Assembly: GCA_965199265.1 (NCBI GenBank)
Contig: CBDAQV010000001.1
Coordinates: forward strand, 316,180 to 380,179
Length of the DNA: 64,000 nucleotides
Direction: 5' to 3'
DNA from: Alphaproteobacteria bacterium
GTDB lineage: Bacteria > Pseudomonadota > Alphaproteobacteria > CALMVH01
Position 1 is the first letter of the stretch, and every line of letters starts with the position of its first letter. Made by a program: the position numbers and the translations under genes. Shown piece after piece: positions 19,198 to 28,954 of this stretch. Under the pieces are notes generated by a model. That model saw only the letters and a program-made list of their open reading frames with translations. It was not told the DNA's origin and made no database searches.

Positions 19198-21525
19198 GTG
19201 AACATGCTATCACGCAACTTGGAACAGACACTGCACCGGGCCCTGGCCGAAGCGAACGCCCGGCACCACGAATATGCCATGCTGGAGCACCTGCTGCTGG
19301 CGATGACCGAGGACCAGGACGCGGTGGGCGTGCTGAAGGCCTGCGGCGTCGACCTTGTCAAGCTGCGCAAGGACCTTTCCGATTACATCGACACCGAACT
19401 GACGGACCTCGTCAGCGATTCGGGCGAGGAGGCCAAGCCGACCGCCGGCTTCCAGCGCGTGCTGCAGCGCGCCGCGATCCACGTCCAGTCCTCCGGCCGC
19501 GAGCAGGTGACAGGGGCCAACATGCTGGTCGCGCTGTTCTCCGAGCGCGAAAGCTATGCTGTGTATTTCCTGCAGGGGCAGGACATGACCCGGTTCGACG
19601 CGGTCAATTTCATCTCGCACGGCATAGCCAAGGTGCCGGGACAAGGCGAGCCGAAGCGTGCGCAGGGCGCGGTCGAGGCGGAACAGCCGTCGGCCGAAAA
19701 GCCGAACAAGAAGGGCAACGATGCGCTGGAAAGCTACTGCATCAACCTCAACAAGAAGGCCTTGTCGGGCCGCATCGACCCGCTGATCGGCCGCGAAAGC
19801 GAGATCGAGCGCACGATCCAGGTGCTGTGCCGCCGTTCGAAGAACAACCCGCTCTATGTGGGCGATCCCGGCGTCGGCAAGACCGCGATTGCCGAAGGCC
19901 TCGCCCGCCGCATCGTGCACGGCGAAGTGCCCGAAGTGCTCAAGGATGCGACCATCTTCAGCCTGGACATGGGCGCGCTGCTGGCCGGCACCCGCTACCG
20001 CGGCGATTTCGAGGAGCGGCTGAAGGCCGTCGTCAACGAGATCGACGCGCTGCCGGGCGCAATCCTGTTCATCGACGAGATCCACACCGTAATCGGCGCG
20101 GGTGCGACCAGCGGCGGGGCGATGGACGCCTCCAACCTGCTGAAGCCGGCGCTGGCCAACGGCCAGCTGCGCTGCATCGGCTCGACCACCTACAAGGAAT
20201 ACCGCGGGCACTTCGAAAAGGACCGCGCGCTGGTGCGGCGTTTCCAAAAGATCGACGTCAACGAGCCCTCGATCGAGGACGCGGTCAAGATCCTGACCGG
20301 GATCAAGCCGTACTACGAGCAGCACCACAAGGTCCGCTACACCGGCGAGGCGATCAAGGCGGCGGTCGAGCTGTCGGCGCGCTACATCGGCGATCGCAAG
20401 CTGCCGGACAAGGCGATCGACATCATCGACGAGGTCGGCGCGGCGCAGATGCTCCTGCCGGAGAACCGGCGCAAGAAGACCATCGGCGTCAAGGACATCG
20501 AGGCGGTGATCTCCAAGATCGCGCGCATCCCGGCCAAGACCGTCAGCCGCGACGACAAGGAAACGCTGCGCAACCTGACCACGACCTTGAAGACGCTGGT
20601 GTTCGGGCAGGACAAGGCGATCGATGCGCTGTCCAGCGCCATCAAGCTGGCAAGGGCCGGGCTGCGCGACCCGGAAAAGCCGATCGGCTCTTACTTGTTC
20701 TCAGGTCCCACCGGCGTCGGCAAGACGGAAGTCGCGCGCCAGTTGGCGCGGACGCTGGGCATCGAAGTCACGCGCTTCGACATGTCGGAGTACATGGAAC
20801 GGCACACGGTCAGCCGCTTGATCGGCGCGCCTCCGGGCTACGTCGGCTTCGACCAGGGCGGCCTGCTGACCGACGCCATCGACCAGCACCCGCATCAGGT
20901 GCTGTTGCTGGACGAGATCGAAAAGGCGCACCCCGACCTGTTCAACATCCTGCTGCAGGTGATGGACTACGGCAAGCTGACCGACCACAACGGCAAGGCG
21001 GTCGATTTCCGCAATGTGATCCTGATCATGACGACCAACGCCGGCGCGGCGGACATGGCGCGCAACACGATCGGCTTCGAGCGCGAGGAGCGGACGGGCG
21101 AGGATACCGACGCGATCAACCGCACCTTCACGCCCGAGTTCCGCAACCGCCTGGACGCGATCATCCCGTTCGCGGGCTTGTCGACCGACATCGTCGGGCG
21201 CGTGGTGGACAAGTTCGTGATTCAGCTGGAGGAGCAGCTGGGCGACAAGGGCGTGACCATCACCCTGTCCGATCCGGCGCGAGAGTGGCTGGCGAACAAG
21301 GGCTACGATTCGCGCATGGGCGCACGGCCCCTGGCGCGCACCATCCAGGAGTTCGTCAAGAAGCCTCTGGCGGAGGAGCTGCTGTTCGGCCGTCTGTCCA
21401 AGGGCGGCGGCGTCCGCATCGACGTCGGCCGAAGGCAAGCTGACCTTCGAGTACGAGGAACCGAGGCAGCCGCCCAAGGCCGACGTGCAGGAAGAGCCGG
21501 AGGAGGTTTTGGAGTAGCTGGGTGA
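19198..21525 (+). CDS. clpA: ATP-dependent Clp protease ATP-binding subunit ClpA, with an apparent -1 frameshift near 21428 affecting the last about 30 codons
   Basis: Two AAA+ modules are present ([16 protein letters not shown]). After …GGGVRIDVG the conserved acidic tail [29 protein letters not shown] continues in the +1 frame and ends at 21517. Confidence 0.9.
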   Translation: MNMLSRNLEQTLHRALAEANARHHEYAMLEHLLLAMTEDQDAVGVLKACGVDLVKLRKDLSDYIDTELTDLVSDSGEEAKPTAGFQRVLQRAAIHVQSSGREQVTGANMLVALFSERESYAVYFLQGQDMTRFDAVNFISHGIAKVPGQGEPKRAQGAVEAEQPSAEKPNKKGNDALESYCINLNKKALSGRIDPLIGRESEIERTIQVLCRRSKNNPLYVGDPGVGKTAIAEGLARRIVHGEVPEVLKDATIFSLDMGALLAGTRYRGDFEERLKAVVNEIDALPGAILFIDEIHTVIGAGATSGGAMDASNLLKPALANGQLRCIGSTTYKEYRGHFEKDRALVRRFQKIDVNEPSIEDAVKILTGIKPYYEQHHKVRYTGEAIKAAVELSARYIGDRKLPDKAIDIIDEVGAAQMLLPENRRKKTIGVKDIEAVISKIARIPAKTVSRDDKETLRNLTTTLKTLVFGQDKAIDALSSAIKLARAGLRDPEKPIGSYLFSGPTGVGKTEVARQLARTLGIEVTRFDMSEYMERHTVSRLIGAPPGYVGFDQGGLLTDAIDQHPHQVLLLDEIEKAHPDLFNILLQVMDYGKLTDHNGKAVDFRNVILIMTTNAGAADMARNTIGFEREERTGEDTDAINRTFTPEFRNRLDAIIPFAGLSTDIVGRVVDKFVIQLEEQLGDKGVTITLSDPAREWLANKGYDSRMGARPLARTIQEFVKKPLAEELLFGRLSKGGGVRIDVGRRQADLRVRGTEAAAQGRRAGRAGGGFGVAG

Positions 21526-21922
21526 CTTTTGGACCGACAGCTTACTCGTCATCCCGAACTCGTTTAGCGACTCATGGGACAGCCGACGCCCTGTTTACAA
21601 CTCGACGAGTTTTGTTCGCAAAAATAGCGAAAGCCGAAGAATGGGTCCTGATCCACGCTGCTTCGCGGCTGTCAGGATGACAATTGTGTTCTAAGCTGGC
21701 CACCAGTGGCGAAAGCACTCATCTCGCTTAGGAGAAAGCCGAGCCACTCGACGTAACCATCCGTCCATCTTGCAACCGCTTCTCGCTGGACGCGGCAAGA
21801 TCGCATAGCTGTGCCCGAACTGTCAGGGCTCCCCCGGTTGTATTTACGTTTTGCTAACGAATCGCTTGACGAAATCCTGACATTTGTTCAAGTTTCAAAC
21901 TCATTCCCCCTGTGAGAAACGG

Positions 21923-22498
21923 ATGGCCGATAACCGTACTCTGGCAATGCAGTTCCGGGGAGCGACCGAGGCGAACTCCACGCCTCAGGTCCGAACGGTC
22001 ATGAAGCGAAGCCTGCATCCGTTGATTGTTGCCCATGTCTACGGGCGGTTCGTCAGCGGGTACTCGATGGAGGGTGACTCCACGATGCCCGCTCACGCCG
22101 GGGCCGTGCTCGTTCGCAGTTCGGCTCCGGCCTTTCAGCTCGGCCAGTTCAGGCGCGCAGGCGGCGTCGTTCTTGACATCGGTAATGACGATTATCTGAA
22201 ACCCAGCCAATTCCTGGTCAGGGAAGCCTATCTTGGCAAGGCCAGCGAAGAGCAGCTTTGCCGACTGGACGAGGGCAGGCGGCTTGGGCTCGATCTCGTC
22301 TCGGCGCTGCCGCAGGCGCAAGGGTCGGACGAGGAGAGTTTTCGAAAAATCAAGGCAAGAATCGAGGCGCCCCTTGCCCTCGAACACGCGCCGCCGATGA
22401 TTCAAAAAACGTACCCGGCGCTCGGCTGGATTCCTCCCTGCTTGGCGGCAGGCCCAAGGCCGGCTCGTCAAACATGGCTCTTACAAACAGTTGAATGA
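21923..22498 (+). CDS. Hypothetical protein with weak S24 (LexA/UmuD-like) peptidase-like motifs
   Basis: …RFVSGYSMEGDSTMPAHAGAVLVRS…GGVVLDIGNDDYLKPSQ… resembles the UmuD/LexA Ser-Lys dyad region (SG[DM]SM … K) by eye. The start MADNR at 21923 follows gagaaacgg. Confidence 0.45.
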   Translation: MADNRTLAMQFRGATEANSTPQVRTVMKRSLHPLIVAHVYGRFVSGYSMEGDSTMPAHAGAVLVRSSAPAFQLGQFRRAGGVVLDIGNDDYLKPSQFLVREAYLGKASEEQLCRLDEGRRLGLDLVSALPQAQGSDEESFRKIKARIEAPLALEHAPPMIQKTYPALGWIPPCLAAGPRPARQTWLLQTVE

Positions 22499-23043
22499 CC
22501 AGCATGGAAAAGCCCAGCCCCTTCTCGCGTTTCATCAACTGGATGAGCAACGACGAAATGAAGCGAGCAAACCAGGCCAATAACAACGAAACCGTTCGGG
22601 AAGCGGTCCTGGACGTCGTGGGCTGGCGCTTCGAGCGGCTTGTGTTCGTGATCCATAACTCAGATTCCGGCGCCGCCGCCGGAAAAGGGTTGGTTCCCGC
22701 GCTGTGGGGCGACCTGGTGGCGCGCGACGGTATGCGTGACCAGATCGATACCTTCCGCGCCGCTGGCGGCGTCGCCCTCAACCGCAGATCGGTCGATGGC
22801 CTGCGCCCTACCGACTTCTTGGCAAAGCTGGCCTGCCAGGCGCGCGGCACCGCGCAGTGGGAACCGATCCTGGCGCGCATGCACGCGGTCCAGAGGCTCG
22901 GGCTTGTTTTCGACGAACGAACCCTTTCGCGCACCGCTCGCAGAATGCAGGCGTACGGAAGCAACGTCGTGAAGGAGCTGCGCCAGGAACTGGACGCTCC
23001 TGCCGGGTTTGGTCATGGATCCGGCAACGCCCGCTATCCTTGA
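22495..23043 (+). CDS. Hypothetical protein, translationally coupled to the upstream gene
   Basis: ATGA overlaps the stop of the upstream gene. The 182-aa protein has no recognisable domain. Confidence 0.5.
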   Translation: MTSMEKPSPFSRFINWMSNDEMKRANQANNNETVREAVLDVVGWRFERLVFVIHNSDSGAAAGKGLVPALWGDLVARDGMRDQIDTFRAAGGVALNRRSVDGLRPTDFLAKLACQARGTAQWEPILARMHAVQRLGLVFDERTLSRTARRMQAYGSNVVKELRQELDAPAGFGHGSGNARYP

Positions 23044-23046
23044 CGC

Positions 23047-23622
23047 ATGACGACCGAACTCACCGCTTATATCATCCAGGGCCTGTGGCTGTTCTGGGCG
23101 CTGTGCTGGCTGGCCGCTTCGGTGCGCAACAAGAAGGCGCGCGACCGGGAGGCGACGTGGTCGCGGCTGCGCTACCAGATCGTGATCGCGGCGGGCGTGC
23201 TGCAGCTGTTCCTGGGCCTGCCTACGCTCGACAACGCCGACTCCGAGCTGTTCACCCGCTATCCGGGATTTCACATCGTCTGCGTCCAGCTGGTCGCCGC
23301 GGGCCTGGGCTGGGCGCTTTACGCGCGCTTTCACCTTGGAGCCAACTGGAGCGGGACCGTGCAGGTAAAACGAGACCACCAGCTGATCCGCAGCGGCCCC
23401 TACCGCTACACGCGTCACCCGATCTACTCCGGGCTGCTGCTTGCGTTCCTCGGCCTCGACCTGTTCCTCGACCGGTGGCTGGGCATTCCCGCCATCCTAT
23501 TGTTGGTAGCCGGTTTCCGCATGAAGATCGCGCGCGAGGAAAAGTTCATGCGCCGGCAGTTCGGCCGCATGTACGAAGCCTACACCGCGGAGGTGCCCAT
23601 GCTGCTGCCGCGTCTTTTCTAG
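23047..23622 (+). CDS. Isoprenylcysteine carboxyl methyltransferase (ICMT)/PEMT-family membrane methyltransferase
   Basis: …LIRSGPYRYTRHPIYSGLLLAFLG… is the ICMT-family signature. Multiple transmembrane (TM) helices are present. Confidence 0.75.
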   Translation: MTTELTAYIIQGLWLFWALCWLAASVRNKKARDREATWSRLRYQIVIAAGVLQLFLGLPTLDNADSELFTRYPGFHIVCVQLVAAGLGWALYARFHLGANWSGTVQVKRDHQLIRSGPYRYTRHPIYSGLLLAFLGLDLFLDRWLGIPAILLLVAGFRMKIAREEKFMRRQFGRMYEAYTAEVPMLLPRLF

Positions 23623-23677
23623 GGAACGCACGCTCCGTGCCAGTGGTTGACTCGGCATATCAATCAGGGAGCTTTCC

Positions 23678-24001
23678 ATGTCCTCAGGCGAAACAACCAC
23701 CGATCACGACACCATCCGCGAATGGGTCGAAGCGCGCGGCGGCGTGCCGGCGACTGTCACCGCGACGGAGGAAGGCGAACACGCAGGCATCCTGCGGATC
23801 ATGTTTCCCAAGGCCAAGCAGGCACACGACGACAATCTGGAACAGATCGAGTGGGAAGAGTTCTTCGAAAAGTTCGACGATTCCGAGCTGGCGTTCCTTT
23901 ACCAGGACAAGACGGCGGACGGTAAGGAAAGCCGGTTTTTCAAGTTTGTCCACGGAGGGGAGCACAGGAAAGCAAAGGCGACCAAGCGCAAGTCGGCCTG
24001 A
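23678..24001 (+). CDS. Small conserved hypothetical protein
   Basis: An RBS gggag precedes MSSGETTTDHDTIREWVEARGGVPA… in an acidic 107-aa protein. Confidence 0.5.
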   Translation: MSSGETTTDHDTIREWVEARGGVPATVTATEEGEHAGILRIMFPKAKQAHDDNLEQIEWEEFFEKFDDSELAFLYQDKTADGKESRFFKFVHGGEHRKAKATKRKSA

Positions 24002-24061
24002 TCTTCTTGTACTTTCGACTGTGTATTGTTAACCTGTTGTTTACCGACGGGGAAAAGTTGG

Positions 24062-24586
24062 ATGGCTGATATGCGCGCGCAGATCCAATTGGCCAGGATT
24101 CAAGACGATGCGTGGCTGTGGGGCACCTTGGTTGCCAGATTGATGGAAGCAGATTTCCCGGAGGGGATGAAGGCAGCGCTTAGCGGTGTGGCCCGGGGAA
24201 GTCCCGGAGGCGCGGTAAAACGCCGCGCCGGCGAACTGATTGTCGGCAATTTGCAGTTGTTTGCCGAAAGCGACGTTCGCGAGGCGATGGACGCGGCGGT
24301 CACGGCGGCAATCTACTCGGCTCCCGACAGCGAAACGCGGGCGCGCGCGACCGAGTTCGTCGTCACGAACCTGGAGCGTCTGGCCGGCATAGACAGCAAG
24401 CTGGCGGCCGATAACTCCCGGTTTGCGCTGAGTTGGACAAAGCCGGGCAGCAAACTGGAACGCGAAGCCGCAACGATCTGGAGTCGGCTCAAGGTCCAGC
24501 AGCCCGGAAGGGAACGGGAAACGGCCTACTCCGAATCCATGCTGTTTGACGAGTCGCCCTGTTCCTCCGGGGTCAGGAGCGCCTGA
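24062..24586 (+). CDS. Hypothetical protein
   Basis: A 175-aa ORF begins MADMRAQ…. It has no motifs. Confidence 0.4.
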   Translation: MADMRAQIQLARIQDDAWLWGTLVARLMEADFPEGMKAALSGVARGSPGGAVKRRAGELIVGNLQLFAESDVREAMDAAVTAAIYSAPDSETRARATEFVVTNLERLAGIDSKLAADNSRFALSWTKPGSKLEREAATIWSRLKVQQPGRERETAYSESMLFDESPCSSGVRSA

Positions 24587-24675
24587 CGTTCTTCTGTGAT
24601 CCTCGCTGGCGACGGCCAATAACGGGAACCCTCCTCGTGCCAGGCCGTTAGACCCTCGAACTCGAGGAGACAGTC

Positions 24676-25956
24676 ATGGCAGTGAAATTGAAGCCCGTCG
24701 GAGAGCAGGTCGTTGTTCTTACCGGCGCGACCAGCGGCATAGGGCTGGCATCTGCCAAGCGTTTTGCGCGCGAAGGTGCCAAACTGGTGCTTGCCGCCCG
24801 AAACGAGGCGGAACTGAGCAAGCTCGTTGCCGAGATCACTGCTTCGGGAGGGGAAGCTGTTTCCCATGCGCTCGACGTAATGGACCGGGCGGAAGTTGAA
24901 AACCTGGCCCAGACCGCGATCAGCCGGTTTGGGCGCATCGACACTTGGGTCAACGACGCCGGAGTCGGGATCTGGGGCAAGCTGGAGGAGATCAGCGAGG
25001 ACGACAACCGCCGCCTGTTCGACACGAACTTCTGGGGCCTCGTGAACGGTTCTCTGGTCGCGACCAAACACATGAAGGAGAGCGGCGGCGCTATCATCAA
25101 CCTCGGCAGCGTCGCGTCCGAGGTCACTTTGCCGTACCAGTCGATGTACAGCGCTTCCAAGCACGCAATCTTTGGCTTTACGGACGGTTTGCGGCAGGAG
25201 TTGGCGATCGACAAGGCGCCGATTTCGGTGACCTTGATCCGGCCTGCAGCGATCGGCACGCCTTTCGGCGAGAAAGCAAAGAACTACCTGAAGCAGGAGC
25301 CGCAACTGCCGCCTCCCGTCTACGACGTGGAGGAGGTCGCGATCGGCATCGTTTACGCCGCGGGCAACTCCATCCGCGATGTGTACATCGGCGGCGGCGC
25401 GAAAATGATGACCGCGCTGAACAAGATCGCCCCGCGGGTCGTCGACTTTGTAGCCGAGAAGATCATGGTGAGGGCGGAGTTGAAAGGGGAGCCGGCGCGA
25501 CCACGAAACGACAATCTGTTCGGCAGCGTGAGCGAAGGCAGGGAACGGGGTGAGCAGGTCAGCCACAAGCCGATGCCCAGCCTGTACACGCGCGCCCTGA
25601 CCCATCCCGCCGCCGCGCTGAGCGTGCTGACGGGCGTGGTCGCGGTCGGCGCGGCGTTATCCTACGCGTTGGCTGAGCACAGGGCACAGCGAGGGTTCGG
25701 GGGCCACGCGCGCAAGGTCGCGGAAAACCTGGCCCACCACGCGGGCCGTTTCGGCGGACGCTTCAGTGATTATGCCGGACATGCCCGGAACCGGGCAGGC
25801 GATGCTTCGGATCAGGCTGGCCGTTTCGGCAACCGTTTCGCCGGCCGTCTCAGGGATTGGGCGGACGACGAAGTTTCTACTCGCGCGCTGAAGTACGGAA
25901 GGAAATATGGAAAGTGCGCGCAGCGCTGGGCCAAGGATCACAACTCGTTCGATTGA
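24676..25956 (+). CDS. Short-chain dehydrogenase/reductase with a C-terminal TM segment and Gly/Arg-rich GRFGGRF repeats
   Basis: The SDR N-terminus VVVLTGATSGIGLASAKRF, NDAGVG, and YSASKHA are followed by the TM helix LSVLTGVVAVGAALSYALA and a repeat tail. Confidence 0.85.
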   Translation: MAVKLKPVGEQVVVLTGATSGIGLASAKRFAREGAKLVLAARNEAELSKLVAEITASGGEAVSHALDVMDRAEVENLAQTAISRFGRIDTWVNDAGVGIWGKLEEISEDDNRRLFDTNFWGLVNGSLVATKHMKESGGAIINLGSVASEVTLPYQSMYSASKHAIFGFTDGLRQELAIDKAPISVTLIRPAAIGTPFGEKAKNYLKQEPQLPPPVYDVEEVAIGIVYAAGNSIRDVYIGGGAKMMTALNKIAPRVVDFVAEKIMVRAELKGEPARPRNDNLFGSVSEGRERGEQVSHKPMPSLYTRALTHPAAALSVLTGVVAVGAALSYALAEHRAQRGFGGHARKVAENLAHHAGRFGGRFSDYAGHARNRAGDASDQAGRFGNRFAGRLRDWADDEVSTRALKYGRKYGKCAQRWAKDHNSFD

Positions 25957-26012
25957 GGTGTGTTGCCTGGTGTCATTCCCGTCTCTCGAGGGATGACACT
26001 AGGTACGTAGCT

Positions 26013-26750
26013 TTAGTTCGCTTGCTGCCCTGCAAGCTCCAGCAGCTTTGTACCATCGCCTGAGATAAGGGCAACCAAAGGTATCAATTGTTCGAATTGC
26101 TCAAAGCGGCAGTGCGCAATGCCTTCGTTGCGGCAGTGCTCGGCAAGGTCGGCCTTGGCGAAAACGAAATCGGCCGCGCCTGCGGTGCAGAAGTCGGAGT
26201 TGCCGTTGCCGATCAAAACGCTCTTGCGGTTACGCAACCGCCCTAGGGCGGCGCATTTGCAGACTCCGGCTTCGACCGCGCAATCCTTGTCACCGTACGG
26301 GAACTCGACTGTGCAGCCCCCTTTGGCGATGAAGCCAAGGGTATTGCACAGAACATCCAGATTCTGGATCCCGTGCCGCGCGAAAACGTGACGGACCGCC
26401 ACATCGAAGCCGTCGCTGACGACGGTCAGCGGCAGCCCGGCCTTCGTGGTTTCGGCAAGGAAGGCGGGAAAGCCAGGATCGATGGAGACGCCGTCCAGCA
26501 GCGTGACGACATCCGACTCGCCGGCGTGCAGCAGGGCGGTCTGACGCAGCCGCGCTTCGCGGCTGCCGAACTGCCCGGATGCCTGCGCCTCGTCGATGGC
26601 CTTCCACTCCGGCGTCGCAAACCGGTTCATGATCTCGGCAAGCGTGTCTTCGGACGAGATCGTGCCGTCGAAGTCGCATAGGATTTGCCAGCGCAAAACG
26701 TGACTCCCATCGTGGGGACCGGAGGCGCTTTCTAGCGATTGCGGTGGCAT
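26013..26750 (-). CDS. HAD-superfamily phosphatase (MtnX/phosphoserine-phosphatase-like)
   Basis: ILCDFDGTIS is DxDGT motif I, and …LIGNGNSDFC is motif III. Confidence 0.7.
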   Translation of the reverse strand: MPPQSLESASGPHDGSHVLRWQILCDFDGTISSEDTLAEIMNRFATPEWKAIDEAQASGQFGSREARLRQTALLHAGESDVVTLLDGVSIDPGFPAFLAETTKAGLPLTVVSDGFDVAVRHVFARHGIQNLDVLCNTLGFIAKGGCTVEFPYGDKDCAVEAGVCKCAALGRLRNRKSVLIGNGNSDFCTAGAADFVFAKADLAEHCRNEGIAHCRFEQFEQLIPLVALISGDGTKLLELAGQQAN

Positions 26751-26780
26751 GTGTCCACGACGAAGGTTACACTGTCGTCC

Positions 26781-28001
26781 ATGCTGATTGGGATGATCAA
26801 ACGGCTGATTCCGATCGGCATGCTGACCTTCATCTGGCCGAACGGATCAATGTACCGCTTCGGCGAGATGGTGCCGAACGGGCCGCGCTTCGACATCGTG
26901 ATTCGCTTCACCGATCCGTGGATCGTATGGAAGATCGCGTTGTTCCCCGAACTTTGCTTCGGGGAAGGCTACACGGACGGGCGCATCCTGTTCGAAAAAG
27001 GCAGCCTGCCCGAGTTCTTCGACCTGTGGGTCGCGAACGTGCAGGCGCGCAAGGCCGGTCCCGGTCTGCTTTCGCGGCTGCGGCTGACGGTTCTGCGCCG
27101 CCTCCAGCAATGCAATGATCGCCTGCGCGCCCGGCGCAACGTCGCGCACCACTACGATCTGTCGGACCTGCTGTACAAGCAGTTCCTGGACAAGGACCGG
27201 CAGTATTCCTGTGCCTATTTCACCGCGCCCGGCATTTCTCTGGAAGAGGCGCAGGAAGCTAAGAAGCGGCACATCGCGGCTAAATTGCGCCTGCAGCCGG
27301 GCCTGCGCGTGCTCGACATCGGCTGCGGCTGGGGCGGGATGGCGCTGGCCCTTGCCCGGTCCGCCGACGTCCATATCACCGGAATCACCTTGTCCGAGGA
27401 ACAGCTGCGCGTGGCCCGCGCCCGCGCCGAGGAGGCGGGCCTGTCCGACCGCGTTTCCTTCGAGCTGTGCGACTACCGCGAGGTTCAGGGACAGTTCGAC
27501 CGTATCGTCTCGGTCGGCATGTTCGAGCATGTCGGCGTGCCGCACTACCGGGATTTCTTTGACCGCCTACGCGACCTCCTGACCCCGGATGGAATTGCGC
27601 TGGTCCATTCCATCGGCCGGCGCGGCGGCGCGGGGCTGACCAACCCGTGGATCCGCAAGTACATTTTTCCCGGAGGCTACGTCCCGGCGCTGTCGGAGGT
27701 TCTGCCGGCGGTGGAGCGCTCGGGGCTGTGGGCCACCGATGTCGAGGTGTTGCGCCTGCACTATGCGGAAACGCTGCGGCATTGGCGCAAGCGTTTCCAC
27801 GAGCGCATGCCGTTTGTCCAGCAGATCTACGATGAGCGTTTCTGTCGCATGTGGGACTTCTACCTCGCCGCTAGCGAGGCGGCGTTCCGTTACAATCACC
27901 AGATGGTCTTCCAGTTGCAGCTGACTCGCGCCATCGACGCCGTGCCGCTGACGCGCGACTATATGGTGGAGGAGGAAAGGACGCTGCAGGGCGTCCTGTG
28001 A
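26781..28001 (+). CDS. cfa: Cyclopropane-fatty-acyl-phospholipid synthase
   Basis: The SAM-MTase motif VLDIGCGWGG is present, and …DRIVSVGMFEHVG… plus …FIHSIG… are typical of the Cfa family. Confidence 0.85.
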   Translation: MLIGMIKRLIPIGMLTFIWPNGSMYRFGEMVPNGPRFDIVIRFTDPWIVWKIALFPELCFGEGYTDGRILFEKGSLPEFFDLWVANVQARKAGPGLLSRLRLTVLRRLQQCNDRLRARRNVAHHYDLSDLLYKQFLDKDRQYSCAYFTAPGISLEEAQEAKKRHIAAKLRLQPGLRVLDIGCGWGGMALALARSADVHITGITLSEEQLRVARARAEEAGLSDRVSFELCDYREVQGQFDRIVSVGMFEHVGVPHYRDFFDRLRDLLTPDGIALVHSIGRRGGAGLTNPWIRKYIFPGGYVPALSEVLPAVERSGLWATDVEVLRLHYAETLRHWRKRFHERMPFVQQIYDERFCRMWDFYLAASEAAFRYNHQMVFQLQLTRAIDAVPLTRDYMVEEERTLQGVL

Positions 28002-28039
28002 CAGGTAGGAATAGTCTCCCTCGCGACAGGTTCTGAAAC

Positions 28040-28951
28040 ATGTCCCGTCTTCCCGGCCTGTTCCGCGACTTAGCCCTGCCGGTGATCGGCGCGCCGCTGT
28101 TCCTGGTTTCCGGCCCGCGGCTCGTGATCGCGCAGTGCAGGGCCGGGATCGTCGGCACGTTTCCGGCGCTGAACGCCCGGCCGGCGACGCAGCTGGGCGA
28201 GTGGATCGGGCGGATAGAGGACGAGATCGACGGCGTGCCGTACGGCGTCAACCTCATCGTTCACCATACCAACGAAAGACTGGAGCAGGATCTCGCCACC
28301 TGCTTTCAGCATCGCGTGCCGCTGGTCATCACCAGCGTCGGCGAGCCGTCGGCCGTGGTCGAAGCGGTGCACGGCTATGGCGGGCTGGTGTTCCATGACG
28401 CGACCACGGTGCGCCACGCGCGCAAGGCGGCCGACGCCGGAGCCGATGGCCTCATCCTGGTCTGCGCCGGGGCGGGCGGCCACGCCGGGCTACTCAGCCC
28501 GTTCGCGCTGGTTGACGAGGTGCGCGCATTCTATGACGGCCCGCTGGTGCTGGCCGGGGCGATCACCCGCGGACATCATATCCGCGCCGCGCAGGTCCTG
28601 GGGGCGGACATGGCGTACATGGGCTCGCGCTTCATCGCCACGAGCGAAGCCGACGCGCAGGGCGAGTACAAGCAGATGCTGCTGGACAGCAACGCCGCGG
28701 ACCTGGTCTACACCGCCGCGTTCAGCGGCATTCCCGCCAACTACCTGCGCCGTAGCGTCGAGAAAGCCGGGCTGAGTCCGGAAGATCTATCCGGTGGCGG
28801 TCCGGGTACCGGCTTCAACCACGCCACCCGCGGCGCGAAAGCGTGGAAGGACATCTGGAGCGCGGGGCAGGGGATCGGCGCGATACACGACATCCCCATC
28901 GTCGCCGAACTGGTCGCGAGACTGAAGGCGGAGTACGAAGCGGCCAAGTAA
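28040..28951 (+). CDS. Nitronate monooxygenase (2-nitropropane dioxygenase-like, NMO family)
   Basis: …PVIGAPLFLVSGPRLVIAQCRAGIVGTFP…LILVCAGAGGHAG… is the NMO fold. Confidence 0.8.
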   Translation: MSRLPGLFRDLALPVIGAPLFLVSGPRLVIAQCRAGIVGTFPALNARPATQLGEWIGRIEDEIDGVPYGVNLIVHHTNERLEQDLATCFQHRVPLVITSVGEPSAVVEAVHGYGGLVFHDATTVRHARKAADAGADGLILVCAGAGGHAGLLSPFALVDEVRAFYDGPLVLAGAITRGHHIRAAQVLGADMAYMGSRFIATSEADAQGEYKQMLLDSNAADLVYTAAFSGIPANYLRRSVEKAGLSPEDLSGGGPGTGFNHATRGAKAWKDIWSAGQGIGAIHDIPIVAELVARLKAEYEAAK

Positions 28952-28954
28952 TCG

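Noticed and set aside
19827-21443. A 538-aa alternative-frame ORF inside clpA, and a 372-aa antisense ORF at 19210-20328.
   Set aside because: ClpA is recognisable through both AAA+ modules in the main frame. These are GC-artefact frames.
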